From contig JAFWEE010000006.1 in assembly GCA_017515795.1 (NCBI GenBank), forward strand, positions 20 to 64,019: a stretch of DNA of 64,000 nucleotides. The letters are read 5' to 3'. The DNA comes from Bacilli bacterium (GTDB lineage Bacteria > Bacillota_I > Bacilli_A > RF39 > UBA660). Under the pieces are notes generated by a model. It ran no database searches and was not told the DNA's origin. It was given only the letters and a program-made list of their open reading frames with translations. Within the stretch, counting starts at the first letter, position 1, and the number at the start of each line of letters is the position of its first letter. A program made the translations under genes and the position numbers. Of the stretch, positions 37,985 to 45,862 are shown one piece after another.

Positions 37985-39172
37985 CTATTTTGCAAAATCA
38001 TAGGCGTCTCTTCCAATCATTACTTCTTCATCTGTTGGAATAACATAAACTGGTATACTAGAATCACTAGTAGTTATTAATCCTTCATGTTTTTCTTTAA
38101 AACCTGCGATTTCGTCATTGGCATTATTATCTATTTTTACTCCTAAAAAGTCAAGTCTTTCAAGTATTTCTTTTCTAGTAGCTATATTATTTTCTCCAAC
38201 ACCTGCAGTAAGAACTATAGCATCTACTCCCTTTAATTCAAAATAATATTTAGCTATATAATCTACTATTCTATCTACATACATATTAAGAGCAGTTCTA
38301 GCTATATTAGAACCTTCATCTGCTAGTTTTCTTACATCTCTCATATCAGATTCACCAGTTAATCCAACTAAACCCGATTCTTTATTAATAAGCATAGCTA
38401 TATCATCTTTAGAATAACCTTTTTTACTCATTATATAAGGAATAATAGATACATCTATATCGCCACATCTAGTACCCATTATAAGACCTGCATTTGGAGT
38501 AAATCCCATAGAAGTATCTACACATTTACCATCTTTAACAGCAGATACAGAACCACCTGAACCTATATGACAAATAATTAATTTCTTATTAGATTCTAAT
38601 ACTTCTTTCATGTGTTCAGTTATATATTTATGTGATGTTCCATGAGCACCATATTTTCTTACATGATATTCAGTATACCAATTAAGTGGTAATGCATATA
38701 AATATCTTTCTTTATCTATTGTTTGATGAAATGCAGTATCAAATACACATACATGTACAGCACTTTTTATTACTTCTTTAGCTCCTTTTATACCTTGTAC
38801 AGCAGCTTTATTATGTAGAGGTGCTAAAGATGCTAAATCAAGAATATCTTTTACTACTTCATCAGTAGCTATAACAGATGATTTATAATGATCTGCTCCT
38901 TGTACTATTCTATGACCTACTGCTTTTATTTCATCAAATGATGAAATAATATTTAATTGTAATAATTCTTCCATTAATTTAGAAAATGCTTTCTTATGAT
39001 CAGGAAGTTCACATTTCTTTTCTCTTTTTTCTCCATTAAACTTAATAGTATATATACCTCCAGATATACCTATTCTTTCAAATACTCCAGAAGCTAATAC
39101 TTTTTCTTCAGGCATTTCATAACATTTAAATTTTAATGATGAACTACCAGCATTTACAGATAATACTTTCAT
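37985..39172 (-). CDS. ackA: acetate kinase
   Basis: MKVLSVNAGSSSLKF, GHRIVQG and HIGSGGSVSAV motifs. Confidence 0.95.
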   Translation of the reverse strand: MKVLSVNAGSSSLKFKCYEMPEEKVLASGVFERIGISGGIYTIKFNGEKREKKCELPDHKKAFSKLMEELLQLNIISSFDEIKAVGHRIVQGADHYKSSVIATDEVVKDILDLASLAPLHNKAAVQGIKGAKEVIKSAVHVCVFDTAFHQTIDKERYLYALPLNWYTEYHVRKYGAHGTSHKYITEHMKEVLESNKKLIICHIGSGGSVSAVKDGKCVDTSMGFTPNAGLIMGTRCGDIDVSIIPYIMSKKGYSKDDIAMLINKESGLVGLTGESDMRDVRKLADEGSNIARTALNMYVDRIVDYIAKYYFELKGVDAIVLTAGVGENNIATRKEILERLDFLGVKIDNNANDEIAGFKEKHEGLITTSDSSIPVYVIPTDEEVMIGRDAYDFAK

Positions 39173-39228
39173 AAAATACCTCCTACATAACTTTATTATA
39201 CAATAAAAAAAACATATATAAAATATGT

Positions 39229-40002
39229 TTATTTTATTCTTATTACTAAATTTACTATTATTGCTATATAAACTATTACAATTACAGAAATTATAATAGC
39301 ATCTGCAATACCAGATTCTTTTTCATTAGTTTTAGGAACTAATTTTTTAGTTTGTGGAGCTATATTAGGAGCCTCAGTTATAACAGGAGTTGCTGTTTCA
39401 ACTATACCTGTTTTAGGAGGTTCTGGAATCTTTTCTTCCACAATTTTAATACTTTCTTCTGTAATAGGGCCTTTACTAATAACTTGTGTATATCCAGTAT
39501 TAGTAAGCATATCAGGAGAATCTTTATATTTACCTAAATCTACTTCAGGAACATTATCTGATTTGGTTACTTTTGATTCTGGTGGGTTAGTTATATATTC
39601 TTCAGCAAGTTGAATCATATGTGGTTTTTCACCAGGTTTATATTCATTATCTTTAACATCTCTTTGATTATAACCAGTTATATTTTGATTATTAGGAATC
39701 TCAATATTATTTTTAACATATTCTTTTTCTTGTCTTATAAAATCATCATTAACTTGGATACCTTTTGATTTAAGAAATGCTTTATATGATTCTTCGCTAG
39801 TAATACGATTTAACTCATCAACAGTAAAGTCCTTAATATCAGGATAAGCAGTAAAGAAAAATCTAATGAAGCCATCTATTGTTGCAGTTCTACTCATTCT
39901 AGTTGTTTTCCAACCTATTCGATCAAACAAAAATACTTTTGCAGAATCATTTAATTTATTATCATAAAAATCCCTTGCTTCAGGTAAACTTTTAAAAAGC
40001 AT
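39229..40002 (-). CDS. hypothetical tail-anchored protein with a Pro-rich linker (257 aa)
   Basis: No signal peptide. P/T/E-rich linker, then a C-terminal anchor GIADAIIISVIVIVYIAIIVNLVIRIK that closely matches the anchor of 60155-60820. Start at ATG 40002 with SD AGGTGG. Confidence 0.6.
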   Translation of the reverse strand: MLFKSLPEARDFYDNKLNDSAKVFLFDRIGWKTTRMSRTATIDGFIRFFFTAYPDIKDFTVDELNRITSEESYKAFLKSKGIQVNDDFIRQEKEYVKNNIEIPNNQNITGYNQRDVKDNEYKPGEKPHMIQLAEEYITNPPESKVTKSDNVPEVDLGKYKDSPDMLTNTGYTQVISKGPITEESIKIVEEKIPEPPKTGIVETATPVITEAPNIAPQTKKLVPKTNEKESGIADAIIISVIVIVYIAIIVNLVIRIK

Positions 40003-40089
40003 CCTAACCACCTACTTTTCTACTATAACATTATTATATCATAAGTATAGAAGAAAATAAATAAAAAAAATAACTAGTTACACTAGTTA

Positions 40090-40950
40090 TTATTTGTTTT
40101 CTCCGTTAATAACACTTAGGATTCCATCCATCTTTTTATTAACACTATCAATTTTTTCTTGAAGAGCAGCTTTTTCATTATTTAATGATAAAGTTTCTTT
40201 TTGCTTTTCAAATAAATCAAATTTAGTTTTAGAAAGTTCTTCTTCTAATTCTTCTATTCTCTTTTGTTGTTTAGCATATACATCTAAAAGAACTGGTTCA
40301 ACATCTTTCTTAAATTGTTCTTCATAATCTCTACTATTAACACTAGAATTATTAATAACTGGTTTTGGTTCAGAAACAGGTTTTACTGGTTCTTCGCTAG
40401 TAACAGTATTCATAGCATTTTGAATAGTTTTAGATCTTGCTTGTAATTCTTCAAATGTAGGTATCTTGATTGTTTTTTCAAGTTTTAATTCATTATCAGA
40501 TATATTACTTACAACTGGTTCAGATACTTTTGGCTCTACTACTGGAGCTACTGGAGTTTCAGGAACTACAGGAGCACTAACTTCTTCTCCATATTTAGAA
40601 GCTAATGTATTAGCAAACTTTTGAGATACTAATAATTTTTTGGCTTTTCTAATAGAGATCTCTTCTCCTAATACTTTTATATTAGAAATAAAGTTATCTC
40701 CAAGAGGACTAGAATCTTTAGCAAATACCTTTAAAGCATCTTTAACATTATTCCATTCTTCATCACTAACTATTTCTTTATATGAATCAGATGCAATACC
40801 AGTTACATATATTTTAATCATATCATTCTCATTGATTTCATTATATGTATATACTAAATAATCATTATCATTTAATTTAAATTTAATTAACGCTTTAGCA
40901 TCTACTGGAGTTCCATCTTCATTAATTACGTAAAATAAATTCTTATCCAT
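40090..40950 (-). CDS. hypothetical protein: DUF1292-like N-terminus, PV-rich linker, C-terminal coiled coil (286 aa)
   Basis: N-terminus FYVINEDGTPVDA...DYLVYTY resembles DUF1292. Linker SAPVVPETPVAPVVEPKVSEPVV. C-terminal heptad-rich segment. Confidence 0.6.
   Translation of the reverse strand: MDKNLFYVINEDGTPVDAKALIKFKLNDNDYLVYTYNEINENDMIKIYVTGIASDSYKEIVSDEEWNNVKDALKVFAKDSSPLGDNFISNIKVLGEEISIRKAKKLLVSQKFANTLASKYGEEVSAPVVPETPVAPVVEPKVSEPVVSNISDNELKLEKTIKIPTFEELQARSKTIQNAMNTVTSEEPVKPVSEPKPVINNSSVNSRDYEEQFKKDVEPVLLDVYAKQQKRIEELEEELSKTKFDLFEKQKETLSLNNEKAALQEKIDSVNKKMDGILSVINGENK
40538..40575. repeat. dispersed 38-nt near-identical segment (copy A); partner at 60421-60458
   Basis: ctactggagctactggagtttcaggaactacaggagca versus ctactgaagctactggagtttcaggaactacaggagca: 37/38 identical. 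Both lie inside otherwise dissimilar minus-strand genes and encode PVVPETPVA. Confidence 0.9.
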
Positions 40951-40987
40951 TTATAACACCTACCTACTATAATAAATTATATCATGT

Positions 40988-41260
40988 TTATAGCTTTTTA
41001 GCAATAAAATATTTGCATCCATAAGCACAGTTTTCTTCTATATATTTATCTAATAAACTATACTTATTTATATTATTTGATTTAGGATTCTTATCATTAT
41101 AGAAACCTTTTAATCTAAGTTTACTATATGCATAGTCACCTACTATATAATCATAACCTTCAAAATAATCAGTATATCTATTTAAGAATTCTTCTTTATC
41201 AAATGCATCTCTATAATCTTTAATAATTTCATATTCTGTATTTTCTACTTTAATCTTCAT
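40988..41260 (-). CDS. yutD: YutD-like protein (DUF1027)
   Basis: EYEIIKDYRDAFDKEEFLNRYTDYFEGYDYIVGDYAYSKLRLKGF matches the YutD family pattern as I remember it. Confidence 0.7.
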   Translation of the reverse strand: MKIKVENTEYEIIKDYRDAFDKEEFLNRYTDYFEGYDYIVGDYAYSKLRLKGFYNDKNPKSNNINKYSLLDKYIEENCAYGCKYFIAKKL

Positions 41261-41301
41261 ATTATCACCAATTTAATTATAACAAAAAAATAGTCATATG
41301 A

Positions 41302-42066
41302 CTATTTTAATATATAATTTTTAATAAAGAATATAGTGGCTGCTATAAATAATATAACAAATATTATTATTAAAGTTTTAGCTAAAGTATTAGATTTTTT
41401 AAGATCATCGTATTCATCACTAACCATTTCTCTATCAAAGTCTTTAGTATCAAACATAAATGTACTAGAATTATATTCTTGAGATTTATCCTTATTATCA
41501 GTATCATCTTCTATTTGTTGTATCTCTATAGTATGTTCCTTCTTAATAGCATTCTCAGTTAAATCACTAAATATATCCATAGCTAAGTCTTCCTTAGTAG
41601 CATTAGTTAATGTATTCATAAGTTCTAATAATTCAGTTTCTTCATGTTTTAAATCAACATATGCATTCTTAGCTTTATCTAATTCTTTTTGAATATCTAT
41701 ATGACTTGCATAATTACTTTTTATTTTTCTCTTTTCATTAGCGTCTTCTAATATATCACGACTGCTTTTAGCGCTCTTTAAAACCTCATTTATATCATAT
41801 ACTCTATTTATATCAGTGGTCTTAGAAAGGTCCTCTAAATCGGCATATAAATCGTTTGTAGGGTTATATGTTTTCTTTTCTTTATACTTTTTTTCTTTTT
41901 CAAGTATTTCTTTAATTTTATTAAGATCTATTTCTTTAGATTCATCTAAAACTACAGAGTTAGAATAACTAGTATCACTATATAAATCATCGTATAATTG
42001 TCTATTTCTAGCTTGTCTACTAGTATTAGTAGCATTTTTAGAATATTTCTCTACTCTAGAACTCAT
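41302..42066 (-). CDS. hypothetical tail-anchored protein (254 aa)
   Basis: Charged, helical N-terminal ~220 aa without a signal peptide. Single C-terminal TM TLAKTLIIIFVILFIAATIFFIKNYILK. Confidence 0.6.
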   Translation of the reverse strand: MSSRVEKYSKNATNTSRQARNRQLYDDLYSDTSYSNSVVLDESKEIDLNKIKEILEKEKKYKEKKTYNPTNDLYADLEDLSKTTDINRVYDINEVLKSAKSSRDILEDANEKRKIKSNYASHIDIQKELDKAKNAYVDLKHEETELLELMNTLTNATKEDLAMDIFSDLTENAIKKEHTIEIQQIEDDTDNKDKSQEYNSSTFMFDTKDFDREMVSDEYDDLKKSNTLAKTLIIIFVILFIAATIFFIKNYILK

Positions 42067-42115
42067 ATATAATCACCTACTTTACTATATAAAATAATAA
42101 CATATTTTTTAAATA

Positions 42116-42144
42116 TTTACAAATTAGATTTAATCTACTATAAT
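42116..42144 (+). promoter_or_regulatory. candidate sigma-A promoter of the ferredoxin gene
   Basis: TTTACA (42116-42121), 17 nt, TATAAT (42139-42144). Confidence 0.5.
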
Positions 42145-42164
42145 TTAATTAAAGGAGAATAATA

Positions 42165-42176
42165 ATGCAAGATTAA
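42165..42176 (+). other. 3-codon leader mini-ORF (ATG CAA GAT TAA) carrying the only good SD upstream of the ferredoxin gene
   Basis: AAAGGAGA (42151-42158) lies 7 nt before ATG 42165 but 20 nt before the ferredoxin ATG 42178. The mini-ORF stop TAA is separated by 1 nt from that ATG. Confidence 0.35.
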
Positions 42177-42177
42177 T

Positions 42178-42390
42178 ATGGGATTAAGAATAGATAACAA
42201 TAGATGTTTAAGATGTGGAATGTGTACTGGTATAGAACCAGATGTATTTGAATTTAATGATGCTGGAGATATTGAAATAAAAGAAGACAAAATAACAGAA
42301 GAAAACAAAAAATTAGTTGAAGAAGCTAAAAACACATGTCCAGTTAAAGCTATTGAAGAAGTAGAAGAAGAAAAAGTAGATACTGAATAG
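42178..42390 (+). CDS. small 4Fe-4S ferredoxin
   Basis: CLRCGMCTGIEP ... CPVKAI, a single-cluster ferredoxin pattern, 70 aa. Confidence 0.8.
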   Translation: MGLRIDNNRCLRCGMCTGIEPDVFEFNDAGDIEIKEDKITEENKKLVEEAKNTCPVKAIEEVEEEKVDTE

Positions 42391-42393
42391 TAT

Positions 42394-43110
42394 CTACTTT
42401 TTTATTAACATTAATAAATCATTAATTTCTTGTTTAGATAGAGGTCTATATTCTCCAAATCTAAGAGTACCTAATCTTAAATTACCATAAGATATTCTAG
42501 TTAATTTTAAACAATCATAACCTAATTTCTCAAATATTTTTCTAACTTCATGATTTCTACCTTCATGAATAGAAATTTCCACTAAACATTTGTTATTCTT
42601 TTTATCTATTTCTTTTATTTTAACTTTATTAGGAGTACATTTAACTTTATCTATAACTATTCCACCAAGTAATTTATCTATATCTTCTTTAGTTAAAATA
42701 GAATCCAATTTTGCTAAATAAGTCTTAATAATATTACTACTTGGTTTCATCATTTTATTAGCAAAATCACCATCATTAGTAAGAAGTATTAAACCAGTTG
42801 TATCATAGTCTAATCTACCTATTGGATAAATTCTTTTATCAGTATCAATATATTCTACTACTGTTCTTCTTCCTTTATCATCAGAGGCTGATGAAATAAC
42901 TTCTCTTGGTTTATTTAACATATAGTATTCTTTTTCTTCATAAGAAATAGAATGACCCTCTACTACAATAATATCTGATGAATTAACTTTAGTACCTAGT
43001 TCTTTTACTACTTCACCATTTACTATTACTTTTCCTTGAGTTATTAATTCTTCCGCTTTTCTTCTAGAACAGTATCCAGAAGCAGCAATAACCTTTTGTA
43101 ATCTTTCCAT
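42394..43110 (-). CDS. rluB: pseudouridine synthase, RsuA/RluB family
   Basis: N-terminal S4 domain (RLQKVIAASGYCSRRKAEELI) and catalytic GRLDYDTTGLILLTNDG. Confidence 0.85.
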   Translation of the reverse strand: MERLQKVIAASGYCSRRKAEELITQGKVIVNGEVVKELGTKVNSSDIIVVEGHSISYEEKEYYMLNKPREVISSASDDKGRRTVVEYIDTDKRIYPIGRLDYDTTGLILLTNDGDFANKMMKPSSNIIKTYLAKLDSILTKEDIDKLLGGIVIDKVKCTPNKVKIKEIDKKNNKCLVEISIHEGRNHEVRKIFEKLGYDCLKLTRISYGNLRLGTLRFGEYRPLSKQEINDLLMLIKK

Positions 43111-43150
43111 AATATACTCCCCTTTGCGATAAAGATTATAACATATAAAT

Positions 43151-43180
43151 AAAAAAAAGAGAAATTATTTTCTCTTTTTT
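43151..43180 (-). terminator. hairpin terminator after the thioester-domain adhesin gene
   Basis: 10-bp stem aaaagagaaa / tttctctttt with loop ttat containing the stop at 43165-43167. A long T-run follows on the minus strand. Confidence 0.5.
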
Positions 43181-45861
43181 GATATAAATATTAAAGCACC
43201 CATTAAACCAGTAATTGCTATTAATACTCCAGTAATAATTAAACCATATCTAATAACAGTTTGACCTGTTTGAATTTCTATTATTAATTCAACTTGTGCT
43301 GTTGAACCTTCTAAAGATCTCTTTTGGTTTATTATAGTTGCAGATCCTTTAGCATAACCATTAGCATCTATTTTAATTACTGCAGCATTTTCAATACCTG
43401 TAAGTTCAAATCCTTTTGGAGCTTCTAATTCAACTACTCTATATGTAGAGTTAGCAGCCATATCTATAAATGTAGCAATACCATGAGATAAAGTAAATTG
43501 TACTTTACCATTAGCATCTTCTTTAAAGATATCAGCTTCTGCAGGATAAGTACCATCATTAGCTACTGATTTAACTTTAATATCTTCATATTTAGCTTTA
43601 TCAGCATTATATTTTTGTAGTTTAAATTTACCACCAGCTAAATAATTACCATTTTCATCTACTTTATAGAAATTAAATACTTTTGTAGCATTAGTTATTT
43701 GGATTAATGACATGTTTTCTTTGCCATCATCTATTGTTACTTTTTGACCTGCCTTAGTCATTGTAATTGTAACTTTAGTAAATGCATCATCACCTTCTGG
43801 AAGTACATATGGAGGTACAGTTTCAATTTCTTTGAAATAATAAGTACCAGTTGGTAAACCATTTACTGTAAACATTCCATTGCTTCCTGTTACATAAACA
43901 GTAGCATCAGAAAGACTATTTACAATACTATTATATTTATATACTCCGCCAGTTTGAGTTGATTTAATATATTTTGTTTTATCACTATTAAATAATACAA
44001 ATTTTACTCCAGGAAGTGAATTACCACCATTACCAATTTTCTTAACACTAACTGTTGTAGTATGGTTAACAGCCTTAATAGAATTTTGGTCTGTTAGTAT
44101 TCTACTATTACATGTAGAATCTGTACATGTATGTATATTAGAATCTTTATCTACATATATATAAATTGTTCTATCTGCTTCTGATGTAGGCATTACATAT
44201 GGAGATGGTACAGAAATCTCAACTATTTTATATTTTCCTTCTGGAAGTTTAGAAATAGAATAAGTAGAACACTCAACTCCTGATAATGTGTCAGTTAATC
44301 CTACTCCACTAGTAGCATAAGCATAACCACAGCCAAATCCATTTTGGAAACTTACAAAATTTACTTGAGTACTGTAATTGTTTCCAGTATACATTTTAAA
44401 TTGTGCTCCAGCTATTGCATTATCTTGAGGATCAACTTTATTAATTAATAATGGTTTAAGTGTATCATAAGCAGTTATTTCAAATGTATTATTTACATAT
44501 TTAATACTTATTTTACCACCTTGACAAATAACTGAACCATTTTCTACTCTACCATTATTACAACTAACTGTATGATTTGATAAATCAAATTCTAGAATTG
44601 TCGCAGGTACACGATCATATCCAGCAGGAATAGTATATTCCTCTAATAGATATCTTCCTGATTGAGTTATAGTACTCGCTGCTCCATTACCATCTAAATA
44701 TATTCTTTTACCCTCTGGTGTTACAAGATCAAAAACTGCACCACTTAATGGACCACCACCACTGGCTAATTTTATAACTTTAACACTAGATCCTTCTGAA
44801 ACTACATTAAATGTTCTAGTAATTGTAGTACCAGCAGTACCATTAACTATATCTTGCCAACAATCTTGCCAGTTATTTGCACAAGATGGAAGATTTACAA
44901 ACTTATAATATGTCCATTTGTTACTACCATTACCTGTAACAAGTTTACATGTAATAGTTGCTGATTGATTAGTTTTTGTTGTATAAACAGTAACAGTTTT
45001 ATTTACTGCATCAACTGATACTCCCACATCGGCATTAGAACTTGTACATGAAGTAAAGTTTCCAAGACCAGTTTTAGCACCAGTAGTGAAACGTTTTTCA
45101 TTTGAATTCCATTTCATTGTATATGTTTGTCCAAATATTGGACTATCACCAGCTGAATCTTTTTTATTTAAATAATCTCTAGCAGCATCTACAAATGATT
45201 TGTAATATGCAAACACATTATCATTTTGTGTTACTACTACACTATATGCACTAGTATCTGATGGATTATAATCAGGTGCATATGAGGTAAATTGTGTTCT
45301 ACCACTTTCAACAATTTCCCAAACTAGAATTTGCATAGCAGCCATTTTTTGAGCTTCTTCAACTGACATATTTTCAATTGATCTAGAATTTTGCTCATCA
45401 AAATGATATCCAGATGCAAGTAAAGCTTGTAATAATTGTATTTGATGATCATTTAATCCTACACCATATTTATTCTTAATATATTCTCCAGAAAAATTAT
45501 CATCAAATGTATAAGCAGTTAAATCTCCTTCATATCTTTCATTAGCTTTTAAAGAAATATGTAAGCAATATCCAGAATAGTATTTACCACCTTTAGTAGC
45601 TTCATGGAAATACCAACTAGATGACTCTAAGTGAGCAGAGTCACTAGCAGAAGCTACTCTAAAGTATGGTAATTTACTTTTTCCAAATACAAATGAAGTA
45701 GTTTTTTTAACTTTGTTATATGTATATCCAGGATCAGTAGTTACTGCACCAGATAGTTTTCTTAATATAGAACTACCTGATATATTTCCAAATATTATAG
45801 TTACAGGAATAACAATAATTAATAATAATGATAATGCAAATAAAATCTTTTTCTTCTTCAT
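43165..45861 (-). CDS. cell-surface adhesin: N-terminal thioester domain (TED) plus multiple Cna-B/SpaA-type domains and a C-terminal sorting-like signal (898 aa)
   Basis: Signal peptide MKKKKILFALSLLLIIVIPV. TED motifs GYCLHIS (Cys) and AAMQILVWEI (Gln-x-x-hydrophobic-Trp). Repeated domains GAVFDL..., GAQFKMY..., GVKFVLF...LPTGTYYFKEIETVPPY, GGKFKLQ...YRVVELEAPKGF. Tail EIQTG + TM + KKRK. Start at ATG 45861 (SD GGAGAAGGTG), 1 nt after the upstream stop. Confidence 0.75.
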   Translation of the reverse strand: MKKKKILFALSLLLIIVIPVTIIFGNISGSSILRKLSGAVTTDPGYTYNKVKKTTSFVFGKSKLPYFRVASASDSAHLESSSWYFHEATKGGKYYSGYCLHISLKANERYEGDLTAYTFDDNFSGEYIKNKYGVGLNDHQIQLLQALLASGYHFDEQNSRSIENMSVEEAQKMAAMQILVWEIVESGRTQFTSYAPDYNPSDTSAYSVVVTQNDNVFAYYKSFVDAARDYLNKKDSAGDSPIFGQTYTMKWNSNEKRFTTGAKTGLGNFTSCTSSNADVGVSVDAVNKTVTVYTTKTNQSATITCKLVTGNGSNKWTYYKFVNLPSCANNWQDCWQDIVNGTAGTTITRTFNVVSEGSSVKVIKLASGGGPLSGAVFDLVTPEGKRIYLDGNGAASTITQSGRYLLEEYTIPAGYDRVPATILEFDLSNHTVSCNNGRVENGSVICQGGKISIKYVNNTFEITAYDTLKPLLINKVDPQDNAIAGAQFKMYTGNNYSTQVNFVSFQNGFGCGYAYATSGVGLTDTLSGVECSTYSISKLPEGKYKIVEISVPSPYVMPTSEADRTIYIYVDKDSNIHTCTDSTCNSRILTDQNSIKAVNHTTTVSVKKIGNGGNSLPGVKFVLFNSDKTKYIKSTQTGGVYKYNSIVNSLSDATVYVTGSNGMFTVNGLPTGTYYFKEIETVPPYVLPEGDDAFTKVTITMTKAGQKVTIDDGKENMSLIQITNATKVFNFYKVDENGNYLAGGKFKLQKYNADKAKYEDIKVKSVANDGTYPAEADIFKEDANGKVQFTLSHGIATFIDMAANSTYRVVELEAPKGFELTGIENAAVIKIDANGYAKGSATIINQKRSLEGSTAQVELIIEIQTGQTVIRYGLIITGVLIAITGLMGALIFISKKRK

Positions 45862-45862
45862 A

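Noticed and set aside
39406-39420. PPKTG pentapeptide (a clostridial sortase-B-type motif) in the tail-anchored protein 39229-40002
   Set aside because: The motif is 33 residues away from the TM helix instead of directly preceding it, and the protein has no N-terminal signal peptide. It is probably a chance occurrence within a Pro-rich linker.
42138-42335. 65-aa minus-strand ORF overlapping the ferredoxin gene
   Set aside because: The plus-strand frame gives a canonical CxxCxxC...CP ferredoxin. The minus ORF is a low-complexity shadow.
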